Below are positions 40,410 to 54,400 of a stretch of DNA of 64,000 bases, piece after piece. Both the position numbers and the translations under genes were made by a program. Each line of letters starts with the position of its first letter. Within the stretch, counting starts at the first letter, position 1. Source of the DNA: Eledone cirrhosa (lineage: Eukaryota); NCBI GenBank assembly GCA_964016885.1, contig OZ024740.1, positions 327,422,001-327,486,000 on the forward strand. The letters run 5' to 3'. Below the pieces are notes generated by a model. It was not told the DNA's origin, did no database searches, and saw only the letters and a program-made list of their open reading frames with translations.

Positions 40410-40411
40410 TA

Positions 40412-40472
<61 letters not shown>

Positions 40473-40473
40473 C

Positions 40474-40528
<55 letters not shown>

Positions 40529-40811
40529 TTTATATACATATATGCATATATATATATACATATATATATACATATATGCATGTATATATATATATATATA
40601 CATATATGCATATATATATATATATATATATACATATATATATACATATATACATATATATATATACATATATGCATATATATACATATATATATATATA
40701 TACATATATGCATATATATATATATACATATATGCATATATATATATATACATATATGCATATATATATATATGCATATATATATATACATATATGCATA
40801 TATATATATAA

Positions 40812-40846
<35 letters not shown>

Positions 40847-41038
40847 CATATATATATATGCATATATATATATATATGCATATATATATATGCATATATA
40901 TATATATGCATATATATATATATATATACATATATATGCACATATATATATATATATGCATATATATCTATATATGCATATATATATATATATATGCACA
41001 TATATATATATATATGCATATATATATATATATATATA

Positions 41039-41072
<34 letters not shown>

Positions 41073-41116
41073 TATATATATATATATATATATGCATATA
41101 TATATATATATATATA

Positions 41117-41184
<68 letters not shown>

Positions 41185-41512
41185 TATGCATATATATATT
41201 TATATATATATGCATATATATATATATATATACATATATGCATATATATATATATACATATATATGCATATATATATATATATAGGCATATATATATATA
41301 TACATATATGCATATATATATATATATATATATGCATATATATATATATATACACATATATATTTGCATATATATATATACATATATGCATATATATATA
41401 TATATATGCATATATATATATGCATATATATGTATATATATATATATATGCATATATGTGTATATATATATATGCATATATATATAAATATATATGCATA
41501 TATATGTATATA

Positions 41513-41604
<92 letters not shown>

Positions 41605-41642
41605 TATATATATATGCATATATATATAAGTGTATATATATA

Positions 41643-41707
<65 letters not shown>

Positions 41708-41821
41708 GCATATATATATATATATGCATATATACATATATATATATATATATATATGCATATATATATATATATATATATGCATATATACATATATATA
41801 TATATATATGCATATATATAT

Positions 41822-41852
<31 letters not shown>

Positions 41853-41867
41853 TATGCATATATATAT

Positions 41868-41898
<31 letters not shown>

Positions 41899-41903
41899 TA
41901 TGC

Positions 41904-41986
<83 letters not shown>

Positions 41987-42060
41987 CATACACTTATTCA
42001 TATATACATAAATATACATACATATAAAAATGTCTACATATATTTATATATATAAGCACA
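40410..42060. repeat. 1.6-kb (TA)n tract punctuated by GC and CA variants
   Basis: Read directly from the sequence. Confidence 0.95.
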
Positions 42061-42447
42061 TAGACACACACATATATATATTAGATATAGATGATATAGA
42101 TATATAAATACATACATATATGATGTATGTGTGTGTATATTTCCACATATAATACATTAGAAGCGGAAAGATGATAAAAGAAACTAGTGAAGCATTAATG
42201 TGTTAATCAAGTAAATACATTTTCATCACTTCTTATAAAATATCTCTTGCTTTTGTGGTGAGGTACGGCACGGGATATCGCTTGGGGCTTGTACAGCGCC
42301 CATCGTCGTTGTTTATGTCTCTGTGATTTGCTGGACGAAGTGTAGAGGTTACCCTAAGATCTTGGAATACTTAGAACAGAGTGAACTAAATGCAACCAAA
42401 TTCTTGGTGGGGGTATTAAACCGGACGATGGAATTTAATAAAGTATA

Positions 42448-42652
42448 CCGGCATGCTGAAAAATCCCTGGCTTAAGTGTATCGCGAAAGGGTAGAGCTGT
42501 TATCTTTACAAGGAAGGTAGAGTCGCTGCAATGTGTGTATGAATCTGAGAGGGGAATATGTTGAATAAGATAACTGATTCTCCTCTATTTTCTTTTAACT
42601 GATTTTCCTGTATTTTCTTTTACCCAAAGTCAGGAACTTTTCAGTACCCCGG
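42448..42652 (+). mobile_element. Internally deleted mariner element
   Basis: TA flanks and imperfect TIRs ccggcatgctgaaaaatccctggctt / aagtcaggaacttttcagtaccccgg. Encodes RCNVCMNLRGEYVE*, resembling the mariner transposase C-terminus. Confidence 0.75.
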
Positions 42653-44596
42653 TACAATGCATGTGAGACAGGGTTTGGGAAGTCAATTGCAGTACATTGT
42701 AAAATGCTGGGAACTAAATACATTTTAGTAACAGGTTTGATTCTGCCTTTCCTTTTCCCGAGCACGATAAAATTCACTCCTATCATGTCGATTTAATACA
42801 CTCTATCTGTGGTCTTCTATCAATATAAAAAACCAGTGGGCTGTGTTCAAACTCCTCCGGAGTCAAATCTATTGTTAAATCTGATGGGAAGGATAAAATT
42901 TATACTATTTTTAATACTTAAAATATATATTAGCATTGATTAAATCTATCAGGTACTCTTCCAAATATGTATCAGTGTTGCCTTATCTCAAAGAGATGCA
43001 ATGATTGGTGTTTAACATCAGGTTAGCCCTGACTAAGAAGACCTATATTTAGGACATTCCATCCAGTTATGGAAACCTTCTGAACTACACCAGAACTACA
43101 TTATCCTATGTATCTATTTTTTTCATGACAAAGGGTGTTATGTGAAGAAAGTTAGCTACTATCCTAAGCGGATCGAGTGACTGCGTAGATCTTTCGTGAC
43201 TGGTGTAGCTAAAAGTTATTTTCCTATGAAATCATTTTGATGCACATTCAGGAATGCTATCAATCTCAAATAAAATAGATTCAGGAGAGTCCTGCAATAA
43301 ATCTGAGTGGAAATTGAAAATTGAATTGATGTTTCTTTTGCAACGAAGAGTTATCGTCAAAATATTCCTTGAAGCATTTCACGTTGTATCGACATCAGTT
43401 CTCATATCTCAAATTGAGAGAGTATGTTTATATTTTGTTTGTGTACATAGGCGAAATATTTCCACATCGACTAGAAAACAGATAGACTAGTGCTTTTGAA
43501 CAAAAATACACTGTATGGTATTTGTTCTGCTTGGGTTACGCGGTATCACCTTTGTTATTCTCGGTATCATAAATACAATAAACCATTGACTGTCTATTGT
43601 TTACAAAATTCTATATATATATCATAAGGCTGCGAGGTGACATTGAAGCTATAGTGTTTATTTCAACTCTCTGCACTCTGAGTTGAAATCCAGTCGATGT
43701 CAACTTTGCGTTTTATCTTTTATGAGTTGATAAATAAAATACCCGTCCAGAGCGATGGATGAGCCGAATTGCTATAAATTAAAGTGTGATCCCTTACAGT
43801 ATCTTTTCCAGATCAGGCCTAGTGAAGCAGATAAATAATCACGGTGCTTCTAGCTGTAACCATCACAACTTCCCTTTTAGGCATTTTCTATAGCCGTACG
43901 TTTTTTAAAACATGGCGTTAGATGATTTGAAGGAAATTTGCTTAGGATGACCTGTGGCCATGTTGAAGCTATCTCGCTGATAGTAACAGTCTATAAACAG
44001 TCATTTCAGTTTAACTACTAACACTACAGAATTCGGTAACAAAATCAGGGAACACAGCTACTCCTCGAGCTTGTTTAGCAGAAATATCTACAACAGTATC
44101 TTCATATAAATCTTTAACTGAAGTGTTGTTATTGTGCTGGCAAGTTAGGCTTGAAACGGCGGCGCAATTATAATTTGACGAAATACAACTAACATGATGA
44201 TTAAGATTCTATATACTGACATAAACCATCAAATTATTGGGGATATGTGTATACAATTGAATAGACAATAATATATTTCTGTTAACTGAATTATCGATCA
44301 TAGAAAGACGAAAGACAACGTTGCCCACTTCTGGATTTAAACTTCAGCAGCAGAAAGATAGCTAGGTTTTCTGTTGCTATTATAAAATTAGCCTCTTTGC
44401 CAAGATCTCCGAATGTCATCTATATCAAATGTTCTTGTTTCTCAAGCTTCAGATGATAGTGATATCATATTTCTTCTAAATAGATTTAAAAACGAATGAT
44501 TCTGCATATGATATCATATGCATAATTATTCGTATCAAATATCTGTTAGAAGTCTTAATAATTGAAGTGTATTTTAGTAATGTTATTGTACTACAA

Positions 44597-45158
44597 GTGG
44601 TGGATTGGCAGTATCTGTAGTGGGTCGGACGCCATGCTTTCCAGCATAGTTACGTCCCTTTACGATCTGAGTTCAAATCCCGCCGAGGTTGACTTTGCCT
44701 TTCATCCTTACGGGGTCGATAAAATAATGTACCAGTAATGCACTGGGTAATTGCTGGCCTTGTGCCTAAAGTAGAAACAGTTATTGTACTACAAGTATTA
44801 TTTTCGAATAAATATTTCATGATGGTCTTTAATTTTTATTGACATTTATCATAATTATTAGGTTTATATATTATTAATCGTTAAAACAAAGTATCAGTAA
44901 CGCACTGGTAGAATTAATCGACTTCCCTACAAAAAAAAAAAAAATGATGGTCTTGTGTCTAAATCAGAGCCCATTATCATTTTATAAGGTCTGCCGGGGT
45001 TAACTTTGCCTTTCATCCTTACGGGGTCGATAATGCACTGGGATAATTGCCGGCCTTGTACCAAAAGTAGAAACAATTATCATTTTAGTAATCATTAATT
45101 TAAGTACCAGTAATGCACTGGGTAATTGCTGGCCTTGTGCCTAAAGTAGAAACAATTA
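44597..45158 (+). mobile_element. tRNA-derived SINE plus three partial tandem copies
   Basis: Full copy at 44597-44785 (ttattgtactacaagt duplicated on both sides). 3' fragments at about 44885, 44993 and 45102. Confidence 0.8.
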
Positions 45159-46642
45159 ATTTATTCTAGTATTCGGTTTACTTAATAATCTATATATACA
45201 CTATTCTTTTATCAATGCATATACCTAGTTCTTTTCAAATTTTCTAATTAATATTTATGATTGCAGCTGAACTGAAGTTCTACTTCATGTTTTCGCCTTC
45301 ATCTGCTATGTCATGTCACAAAGAAAGGTTTTTCTGTGTAGTAAGTATACATCGTATAAACAATGACAGTAGATCACATCTTAAATGTATAGCTATTCAT
45401 TGAATACCTGACTCTTTATCAATCTACTATTGATATTTACCTATTTAAATGTAACAGAGTTTGCAGAAATAAGTATTATAGCTTCAGTCAAAAAGCATTT
45501 TAGTTTCGTCATTTTTTATTCCATGATGAAAGAAAAACTGAATTAACTTTTCAATCCTTTTACTTAAATATCTAACAGCAGTCTGTCGGGGTCAACTTTA
45601 GCTTTCATCCTTTTGGGGTCGATATCAATTGCGCTCCTTTGCCTGCGACGTCACTTGCGACTAATTGTATCGGCCCTTGGACAAAATCGATTGTGTGGAG
45701 AGATTGTGATGAATTGGTGACTGTTGGTCTTCCACAATAAATTTTACCCAAACGTGTAACTTTTAGGAAACACTTCCAGGTGCACATACCAACCCACGTT
45801 CATTCATGACCGAAGGAGATCTATCAAGTATAGACACACACACACAGACGCGCTCACACGCGCGCAAACGCATACACACGCACTCACACGCACACGCAAA
45901 CACACTCACACACACACACATACACACACATATATATATATATATTCGAACACGCGTGTACAGCAGAGTGCTGATAGTGTTAGTGTTATAGATCAACTAT
46001 ATCGACTTTGGCTCTGTTCGAGTAATTTCGGATAAGTGATCACATAGTTTTGTGGTGGGACAAATTAGGTAGTTAGTACAGATGAGATACGACGGTTAGC
46101 TCGGTCATACGAAGGCTACCATTGTAACACATCACCTACGCCTAATTTCATTTTCTGTGACATTTAATAAATATCAAGAACAAAACATCATCTGAACATA
46201 ACATACCAATGGTCGGTCTCACAGATAATGAGTGTACGAATATATGAAATAATCAATTATAAAATATTATATACATCATATCATGTAATATTCTGTGCAA
46301 TGCAACAAAAACCGAACATTCAGACGAAAATCTCCCGAAAACCAACTCACCACACTATTAAAGACTTCAGTAAAATTACAATGGTGAATAATAAATATTC
46401 TTTTATTCTTTTACTGGTTTCAGTTATTGGACAATGGTAATAGTGGAGAACCACCTTCAGAGGATTTTGTCGAGTATATCGATCGATCCAAGTACTTAGT
46501 CTGGCACTTACTTTATCGATCTCTATTTATGAAATGGCAAAGTTCGCTTTTGTGAAAAAAGCAATCAATCACATTCTTTCTTCCTTATACATACATACAC
46601 ATCTACATACGTACATACATACACACGCACACACATACACAC

Positions 46643-46715
<73 letters not shown>

Positions 46716-46827
46716 TGTTTGAGTGTTTATATATGTGTGTATGTGTGTGTATGTGTGTGTGTCATTTATTTTGTTATTTTTGTTATTTCTGTTTACCTTT
46801 TACACAGATGTTATATATATATATATA

Positions 46828-47310
46828 CAAGTGTACAGGCATGACATGGCTGCAGGTATTATATCTGCGATATTATGAGAGTATTATGAAATACCCACAG
46901 GATAAAGCGAACTTACGATTATGTAAGAGAAAGGACCACAGAGATGGAAAAAAATGACAATACTATGGGACATGTCAATTGACACAGACTGAGAGATTAA
47001 GACAGAACGACAAGATATTATCGTCAAAGATCATCAACAAAATGAAGCTTCCTAAACAATGTATGAAATCCAACAAGCGGCAAATATATCTATAAAATAA
47101 TTGGAGAAACTATCCAAATATAAATCGATATAATCAGAATCGAAAACATATACAGTCGCTATAATAAAAATAGTAAGCGCTTTGGGAACGATAACAAATA
47201 AAACAATGCAGATAAATAAATACAAGATCCCAAGGGCTTAAGTACATTTACAATATATAGAAAATATCACTATTAGACATCTCGCACATATTATGAAGAG
47301 TGTTTTCAAT
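46828..47310 (+). pseudogene. Decayed RLE domain of an old R4/Dong-like LINE
   Basis: YRHD, MTILWDMSIDTD..ERQDIIVKD, EKLSKYK and IVSALGTI, with stops and frameshifts. Confidence 0.7.
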
Positions 47311-49689
47311 AAACCATATCAATTAGACATATTATGTAGGACCATTTCAATACAACAAAAAACACAAAGCATATCAAAATGTGTGCGTACTTAAGACACA
47401 CAGAACTACACTCGGTAGCACAGTGAAACCAGCAATAAAAGTATGATTACTGAAATAACGAAAATAAGAATATTTTCTAACACTGGCAATTTTTCTTTTT
47501 ATCAAGTAAGATCATGATATTAATAATATTACAAATATTCACAAAGTTGGCTTAAAACCCATTGACGAAATATGAAAAAGAAAGATAAAAATAAAATTAA
47601 TTAATGAGAAAATGGGGAAGGGGTAAAGAAGGGCAGATCTGGCTGTATGGGAAAGTAGATTTCTTTTATTTGTTGTCACCTCAATTTTTTACAAAAATGA
47701 TCAATTTCGAAGACGTGAAATGATAGATCGTAATTTACTTCGATCACTAAGTATGTGATTAGTAATTCTTCAATTCCAATTATGATTTTCCGACAAGAAT
47801 GGATCTATAAATCAGCGACAGTCTTTTTTTTTTCTCTAATTTCTCTTATAGTTATTGGTATTGCGTAGCACCTTCCCCCACTCGAATCCGATCGAGTAAG
47901 ATTACGACCAAATGCATTCCAGCCATGGCCACCCATTCCCTTTTATATTTTCATGAATAGTGTACATGGTCTGTTCTTTAAAATCATAGTTGTTGCTGTT
48001 TTTAGTATCTCATTAGCCATGTATGTTTATGGTTCATTAGGAATGTTTTTTGTAGTTTTTGCTGTTTATAGTTTCTTTTATTTCTAGACTATTTAGCTGT
48101 GACCATTATGTATTATGGTATTTGATGGACTGTATTTCAAATGTACGCTATTAAGACAATTGAGTGTAATTTGAGGAATATTTGAGCGGTTTTTCTAGTA
48201 TATTGAACGACCACATAGACCAGATTCAAATAGCAATAACAGCTAAAGAGTACAAATGGGGACAAATTGGTGAAGCACGTAATCCATTACTCCTAAGAAA
48301 CTATTGAACAATATCATTTTTCATTCTCAATTAGATTTGTAGCTTCATTTCAATGTAATTAACTCATTATTTTCTGCCATTTCTTGTAATTAACAGAACT
48401 TTACTTATTTTGGATATAAAGAATTAAATAACCATTGTATCATTCCTCTATGTATGAACTAGAAATGCTGTCAACAATAAACAACAGCAACTTACAAAGC
48501 AGTCGTTGATCTTCCTGTCATTGCTCGTCTGGAAGGTGTATCCAATGTTAGTTTCAACAGAACCAGTTGTTTACAGGAGAGTGCCAATAAAAGCGAGATG
48601 ACTGGGTATCAGATCATCTGGTCTTGCATTTGCAGCACATATGTTATCACTAGAGGAACATTGCTTTAGAGGAACATTTTCCCGATACTCTGCATACCTA
48701 TACTGTATACAGGTTTACATTAATTAAAATGAGGAAACATGAGGTGCAGGGCGTTTGCACACGATTAAAATCAATATAATGTTTTACGATTGATAGCTGC
48801 GTGTGAGCTACATAGTTTGCTTTTCCCAATTGCCTCTCTATTCCCAGCTTGATAGCAACCAGGACAATGGTACCTTCAGAGTTGATATGGCTCTTTGGGA
48901 AGGCTCGTACGAGTGCCGAGCGAAAGGATATTATACATGAACGTGTTGTTTCAGTGCCGATTGATATCATTGATGCACTAAAATAAAAAATATAATCCAT
49001 TGATTCATAAGATTGACGAGTATATCCACAATCTTTGAAGAACTGGACTGAGCTTTGGTGATGGTTAAAGTCTAGTCAGAATAACATGTTTTTCCTACAC
49101 TTTGTATCGCTTGTTAACTTACAGAGTTACAGGTAGCAACATCGTGGAGGCTGCGAACCACTAACTGGTTGCTACGATGAGGGCTGAGGATGGGAAACGA
49201 CTCAAGTACTTGTCACTATTATATATATACATCTATCTTCGAAACCTTGGTAATGGAAACAACTGCTATTATCGGTAAATCGGCGAGGCTTTTATCAACG
49301 CCATCGGAACAAATATAAATGAAATGACATGTATAGCTGCGGCCTTGATTTCATGGCTGTAGAACCTAATTGGCCTAGCAAATGTTCGTGACAATACATT
49401 GAATGTTATTGCACAGCTAGAATATTGGTTCCCACATTCTCCCTTATATATTTACAAATGAAATAATATGTAGAAAATAATTAAATTGTTTTAAACTTTA
49501 AAAGCTGGTCAAACCTTTATAGCATCAAGTTAGATGCTTTTAACTTTCGCACGCTGTGCGAAGTTTCAGAAGACTATAAAATATAGTTGAATGTATACTG
49601 GTATAATTTTGCTGAAGCATTTTATGCTTCTTTCTTATAAAGATTTACATGATATAAAAACAATTACTGGATGGTATTAACAGACATAC

Positions 49690-49876
49690 TGGATTGGCAG
49701 TATTGTAGAGGGTCGGACGCCATGCTTTGACGCATAGAGTTACGGCTCTTGCCATTCTCAGTTCAAATCCCGCCGAGGTTAACTTTGCCTTTCATCCTTA
49801 CGGGGTCGATAAAATAAAGTACTAGTAATACACTGCGATAATTGCTGGCCTTGTGCCAAAAGTAGAAACAATTATT
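49690..49876 (+). mobile_element. tRNA-derived SINE
   Basis: Full-length copy of the same family. Confidence 0.85.
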
Positions 49877-50298
49877 TTCTTATGTGCATTTATTCATTGT
49901 GTTATATTATGCTTTTTGTGAACAATAACGTCGTTTGTTATAGGCTGTCAACAGAGCAATGAAATGAGTCCAATGAAATGAGCGACAAGGAAGTTCTGTG
50001 CAAGTCAAGCGGAATCATTGCCTCAAAATGTTCGTGTTCTAATATGCCGGATTATCAGTTTTCACTAAGAGACAGGCTTACCTTTACTGCAAAATCTAGT
50101 CAACAGTGAGCAACAATGTTAGGAATAACTAATATATTAAAATTGTACCGATTTACAGTGTTTATCCTATACAATATATTTACTACTAATTGTGAATTCA
50201 TCTTTCGCTTCAACTTATCCGGGGAGGATACACTCACTTTCGCACATGCATGCACACACACACACATATGTATATATACTCAAACACACTCACATATG

Positions 50299-50335
<37 letters not shown>

Positions 50336-50433
50336 ACACACACATGTGTGTATATATAGAGTATATATATATATATATATATAAAATAAAGTAAAATAAA
50401 AAGTCAAATGTTTAAAATTTAGCTTCGTTTATT

Positions 50434-50488
50434 ACTGCTATATATATTTCGGTGACAGGCATCTTTGGCTGTGACCTCTTCAGGCAGT
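50434..50488 (-). ncRNA. Type I hammerhead ribozyme, canonical core
   Basis: ACUGC-CUGAAGA-GGU C ACAG..CUGU C ACC-GAAA-UAUAUA-UA-GCAGU. Confidence 0.88.
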
Positions 50489-50612
50489 CCGAATTAGTGT
50501 GGTATAGACAAGTACATATGTTGTTGAGGTGTATCATTTTGTCAATACTCTGATATGCACAGTTCCTGGTTGGGTTGTTATTTCTCTGAGGAACTGGAAT
50601 CATATGATTCGG

Positions 50613-50667
50613 ACTGCCTGAAGAGGTCACAGCCAAAGATGCCTGTCACCGAAATATATATAACAGT
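50613..50667 (+). ncRNA. Type I hammerhead ribozyme (inverted copy)
   Basis: Same motif as 50434-50488 with one stem I mismatch (ACAGU). Confidence 0.8.
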
Positions 50668-50822
50668 AATAAACGAAGCTAAATTTTAAACATTTGACTT
50701 TTTATTTTACTTTATTTTACATTACTCCGGAGTAACCAAACCAACCTGCGCACTTCGTCGAGTGCTCCAGCCTGCATACTGAGGTGTTGGTATACAACCA
50801 ACATATACTCAAAATCTATCTA

Positions 50823-50907
<85 letters not shown>

Positions 50908-51074
50908 TCAGAAAGAAAGAACAACAATAAGGACCCCATTAAAAATAATGATAAAGTATAATGATGTAAAACCAGTGGCAAATTCAAAATAAAACTTTGC
51001 TGATCTACGAAACCCAACCACAACAATATCTTCTGATGTACATGAGGTGCATCTGGAAGCAATGTGTAATCTCT

Positions 51075-51165
51075 CGGAGGTCACAAGAGCAACTTGAGAG
51101 CTCAAATGTGGCAAAGCCTCTAGGGAGGATGAGATTCGGCTAGAGATGTTAAAAGCCTTATATAG
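51075..51165 (+). pseudogene. Decayed LINE ORF2 fragment (pre-RT region)
   Basis: EVTRAT*ELKCGKASREDEIRLEMLKAL resembles the LKxGKAPGxDxI..EMLK motif. Confidence 0.55.
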
Positions 51166-51429
51166 AGAACAAAATCTGTTTCAACACGGTCTCAAAATAA
51201 TAATTTCACAACCTTAGATATTTATATCCGCAAGTAGTTGACAGCCGAGAGAAAAGAGTATTCAGTACCGAAGTAGAGTTTTAATAAGGCTAGATCTTGA
51301 GTCTTGTTACTCTGGGGGTTTCACTTTCTTCTCACAGCGCCATCATGTTTATTTTGTCAGAAACACCAGAATAACAAACCTCACTAGTTAGCCTTAATAA
51401 AATGTATATATATATAGCTATATACATAG

Positions 51430-51483
<54 letters not shown>

Positions 51484-54400
51484 GGTGAGGGGGGTGCAAG
51501 TGTTCTGCACAGTTTCTGTCAGCCAAATTTCACTCATAAGTCATTGTAACCAATGACTTATGAGTGAAATTTGGCTGATATAAAAGGCATCAGTTAGATT
51601 TAATCAGGAACCACATCGTTGTGAAGCGATCGCTATAAACTCTAAGCCATACCTGGAAAACAAGCCCGAAAATCTAGTGTTTAGTGATGTAATAAATAGG
51701 AAAGTATAAGGTTGTTAACTCAGGGTTGTTATATGATCGTAGGAGAGGGCGCCATTTTGACGCATGCTGTACCTTGAACATTTTAAATTTCATCGAGTCA
51801 ATTTCTTCCACAGAAAGAAAGTAATGAGAAGTAAAGGAATAACCAGCCCCAGTACTAGATTGGTAGTATATTTATCCACCCCGACGGGATTTTGAGCCTA
51901 GAGCTCAATGAGCTGGAACAAAGACTGTAGCAATTTTAATCTGACGTCCTCACGACTCTACCAACCCGCCTTATCCAGTGAGGCAATAGTACTAGTTTAT
52001 TAGAGTTGATAAAATCGATTTCAATATATTACCTATTTATCTCATTTCCCCTTCTTCTTTTACTAATTTGGTAATTACTGCAGATAAAAGAAAAATCGTT
52101 AACGTTCTGCGTTAAATAGGAGTGGGATAAATAAAATAATTGGGAACCAAAAAGATGAAAGATGCCTTAACTCATTTAAAACTGATTCTAACAATTAAAT
52201 GAAAGATTTTGGTTTTCCCCAAACGCTAAGTAACCTATTGCTTTTCTGATTGATTTATTATTTAATAATAAAAAAATTATCTACTACTAATGTGTTCCTT
52301 ATTTACTACTAATGTGTTCCTTTAACTGAAACTAAAGTTCTTACAGCAAGAAATCGAATTCTATTGTATTAATCTGTGACATATTCAGTCTTAATAACTG
52401 ACTTTGAATAGTTTGCAAACTTCATCAATGTTCTAAAGGCATTTTATTAATGTTCTTTTATCGGTTAAAATCTTCGAACGAAGTTACTTCGCAAAACAGC
52501 GGTAATTGGCAATTCTTTGATTAACTATTTATATCATGCTTCAATTCTTTTATCATTCACCGAGGCAACAATTGATCCTCTTCCACTGGATATCAGCCAG
52601 ACAAAATGCAGATGGAATATTTTATATAGCTAAGTATCTATTATATAGAATTCTATAACAATTTCAACTGTTCAGAACATGCCTACCTTCGCCTTTCTAT
52701 GAAGTCCGGTATAGTTCAATTAGGTGTAAATAAATATCATGGACATGTATAGCTTGCTACAATGAGTAGCAAGGTACAGACAATATAATTGACTATTGAA
52801 TTTTCTAATTTATATTCTTATTTTTCGTCTTCATTGTGCTATAGTATAGAAATGGTTTCGGATCTGTGTATTGAATACAGTCATCATAACTTTCAATTTT
52901 ATTCGTGCCATCTACGAACGAAATTACTTCGCAAAACTGCGCAAAATCTTTGTTGACTGTTGTAACTAACGGCAGACACAACGAGTGAACACACATACAT
53001 ACACGTCCTCCCGGTTCTGTCCGCTGGAACCAAGAGGCAGCATACGTCTGGGAGTCTGCGCGCCAGAGAAGCAGAGCGGACAAATCGGGTGGGGGGCACA
53101 ACAACCTTTTATTGACTGATTTGTGTGGTTACCGTTGGCCACTATATTCACACATACACGCAAACACAAGTGTGTCCAATTGCCAGAACCATATATTTGA
53201 TTCATTGTTAAATCGGACTGAGAAGATTAGGAGGTTATTGCATCATGTCAAAAACTAAAGGAAATCTTTGCTATTTTAAGAGATTAGTTGTACCAGATCA
53301 ATGTTATAGCTTCATTGTTGTTTAACATATTTTCAGCCCTGATCCTGTAGACCTATACGGAAAGAGGTTCCAGTCTTAACTATTCAGTCTTTCTATATAT
53401 CAGAAGCTGCAACGTTCAATATATTATCATTTAACACTTTATCATTTACATTACTCTATATATACTATTATATATTTGCGGTAAAGTATTTATCTCACAT
53501 AATCTCGAATCTACGATATTTTAATGACATTCTTGTTTATTTTAAGAATGATATCTTAATGTCGGTGTGAGCTACAGGTTACGAACTGTTTGAAAAGGGA
53601 GAGAGAATTCTAACTGGATTCAGTCGGTTTAAATGCTAAAATTTAAGGTGTGATTTGACGGCGATTTGTCTATTATCTCAAGAAGGTCAAGCAACTACTT
53701 AGAGGCTAACTCATATGCTATTTTATAGTGTTATGTACCATATCGGTGAGCTGTCTTTTACCTTACCATACCCTTTCCAGCTAAGTCGACTAAACCATTT
53801 AAATCCGGAGTATTTTGGCTATACATACAACATAAAGACAACAACAAAACGCCAATCTTACACATCTTAACTGCTTGTCACATTCTGTTGATTTAACAAT
53901 CCATGATCTTATTGTTATCACTACACTCAAAATAGCAGTATCCTCAGGATGAATTGCCAAACTTTGAAGTGAGAATTATTACACATTATTATCAGCTGAT
54001 GTTCCCTAAATTTCCTTTTAACTATCTTCCCTGATTATCGAATTTATTTCTGGCTTCTAATATTCTTTAGGTAAAGGCATACAACTAATTGGTGCTTTAC
54101 AATACCTCTTAAGACTTCGTGTTTAGGAAATGATTGAAGAGAAAATACTTCTGAATATAACCAATTGCATTCTTCAATCGTTTATGGGGCAGGTTTATTA
54201 GTTCATTCTAAAGAAGCACTCGTCAGTAATACCCACTATTTCTAGCATTGGTTAACTCTTCCTTTCCCTGATACCAGGTTATTTAAGTTATCTGGTTCAT
54301 AAAGTGTTGTTAATTCTCTAAAGACAGGATATAATGGAAAGGTCATGATGAATATATTGTCTAAAACTGAAAGTTGATAATTTACTCCGGTTATTGAATA

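Larger units (their letters stand above)
50383..50813. mobile_element. Fold-back non-autonomous HHR element, copy 1
   Basis: Long arm 50383-50606 (-), short arm 50607-50719 (+) and tail 50720-50813. Flanked by (TA)n. Confidence 0.85.

Noticed and set aside
40390-42055. Long ORFs of up to 536 aa (YIYIYI, MHIY), also at 4.1, 12, 31.5-32.5, 34.5 and 60.5 kb
   Set aside because: These are translations of (TA)n/(CATA)n/(CA)n tracts, open in several frames and on both strands.
46071-46128. HHR-like CAGAUGA..GAAG motif
   Set aside because: Both core halves are mutated and the stems are imperfect, so it cannot be distinguished from chance.
48490-49010. Apparent minus-strand exon ending at a GTAAG donor
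   Set aside because: The translation (ETNIGYTFQTSNDRKINDCF) resembles the LINE RT segment before the catalytic DD, with stops nearby. It is more likely a decayed LINE than a host exon.
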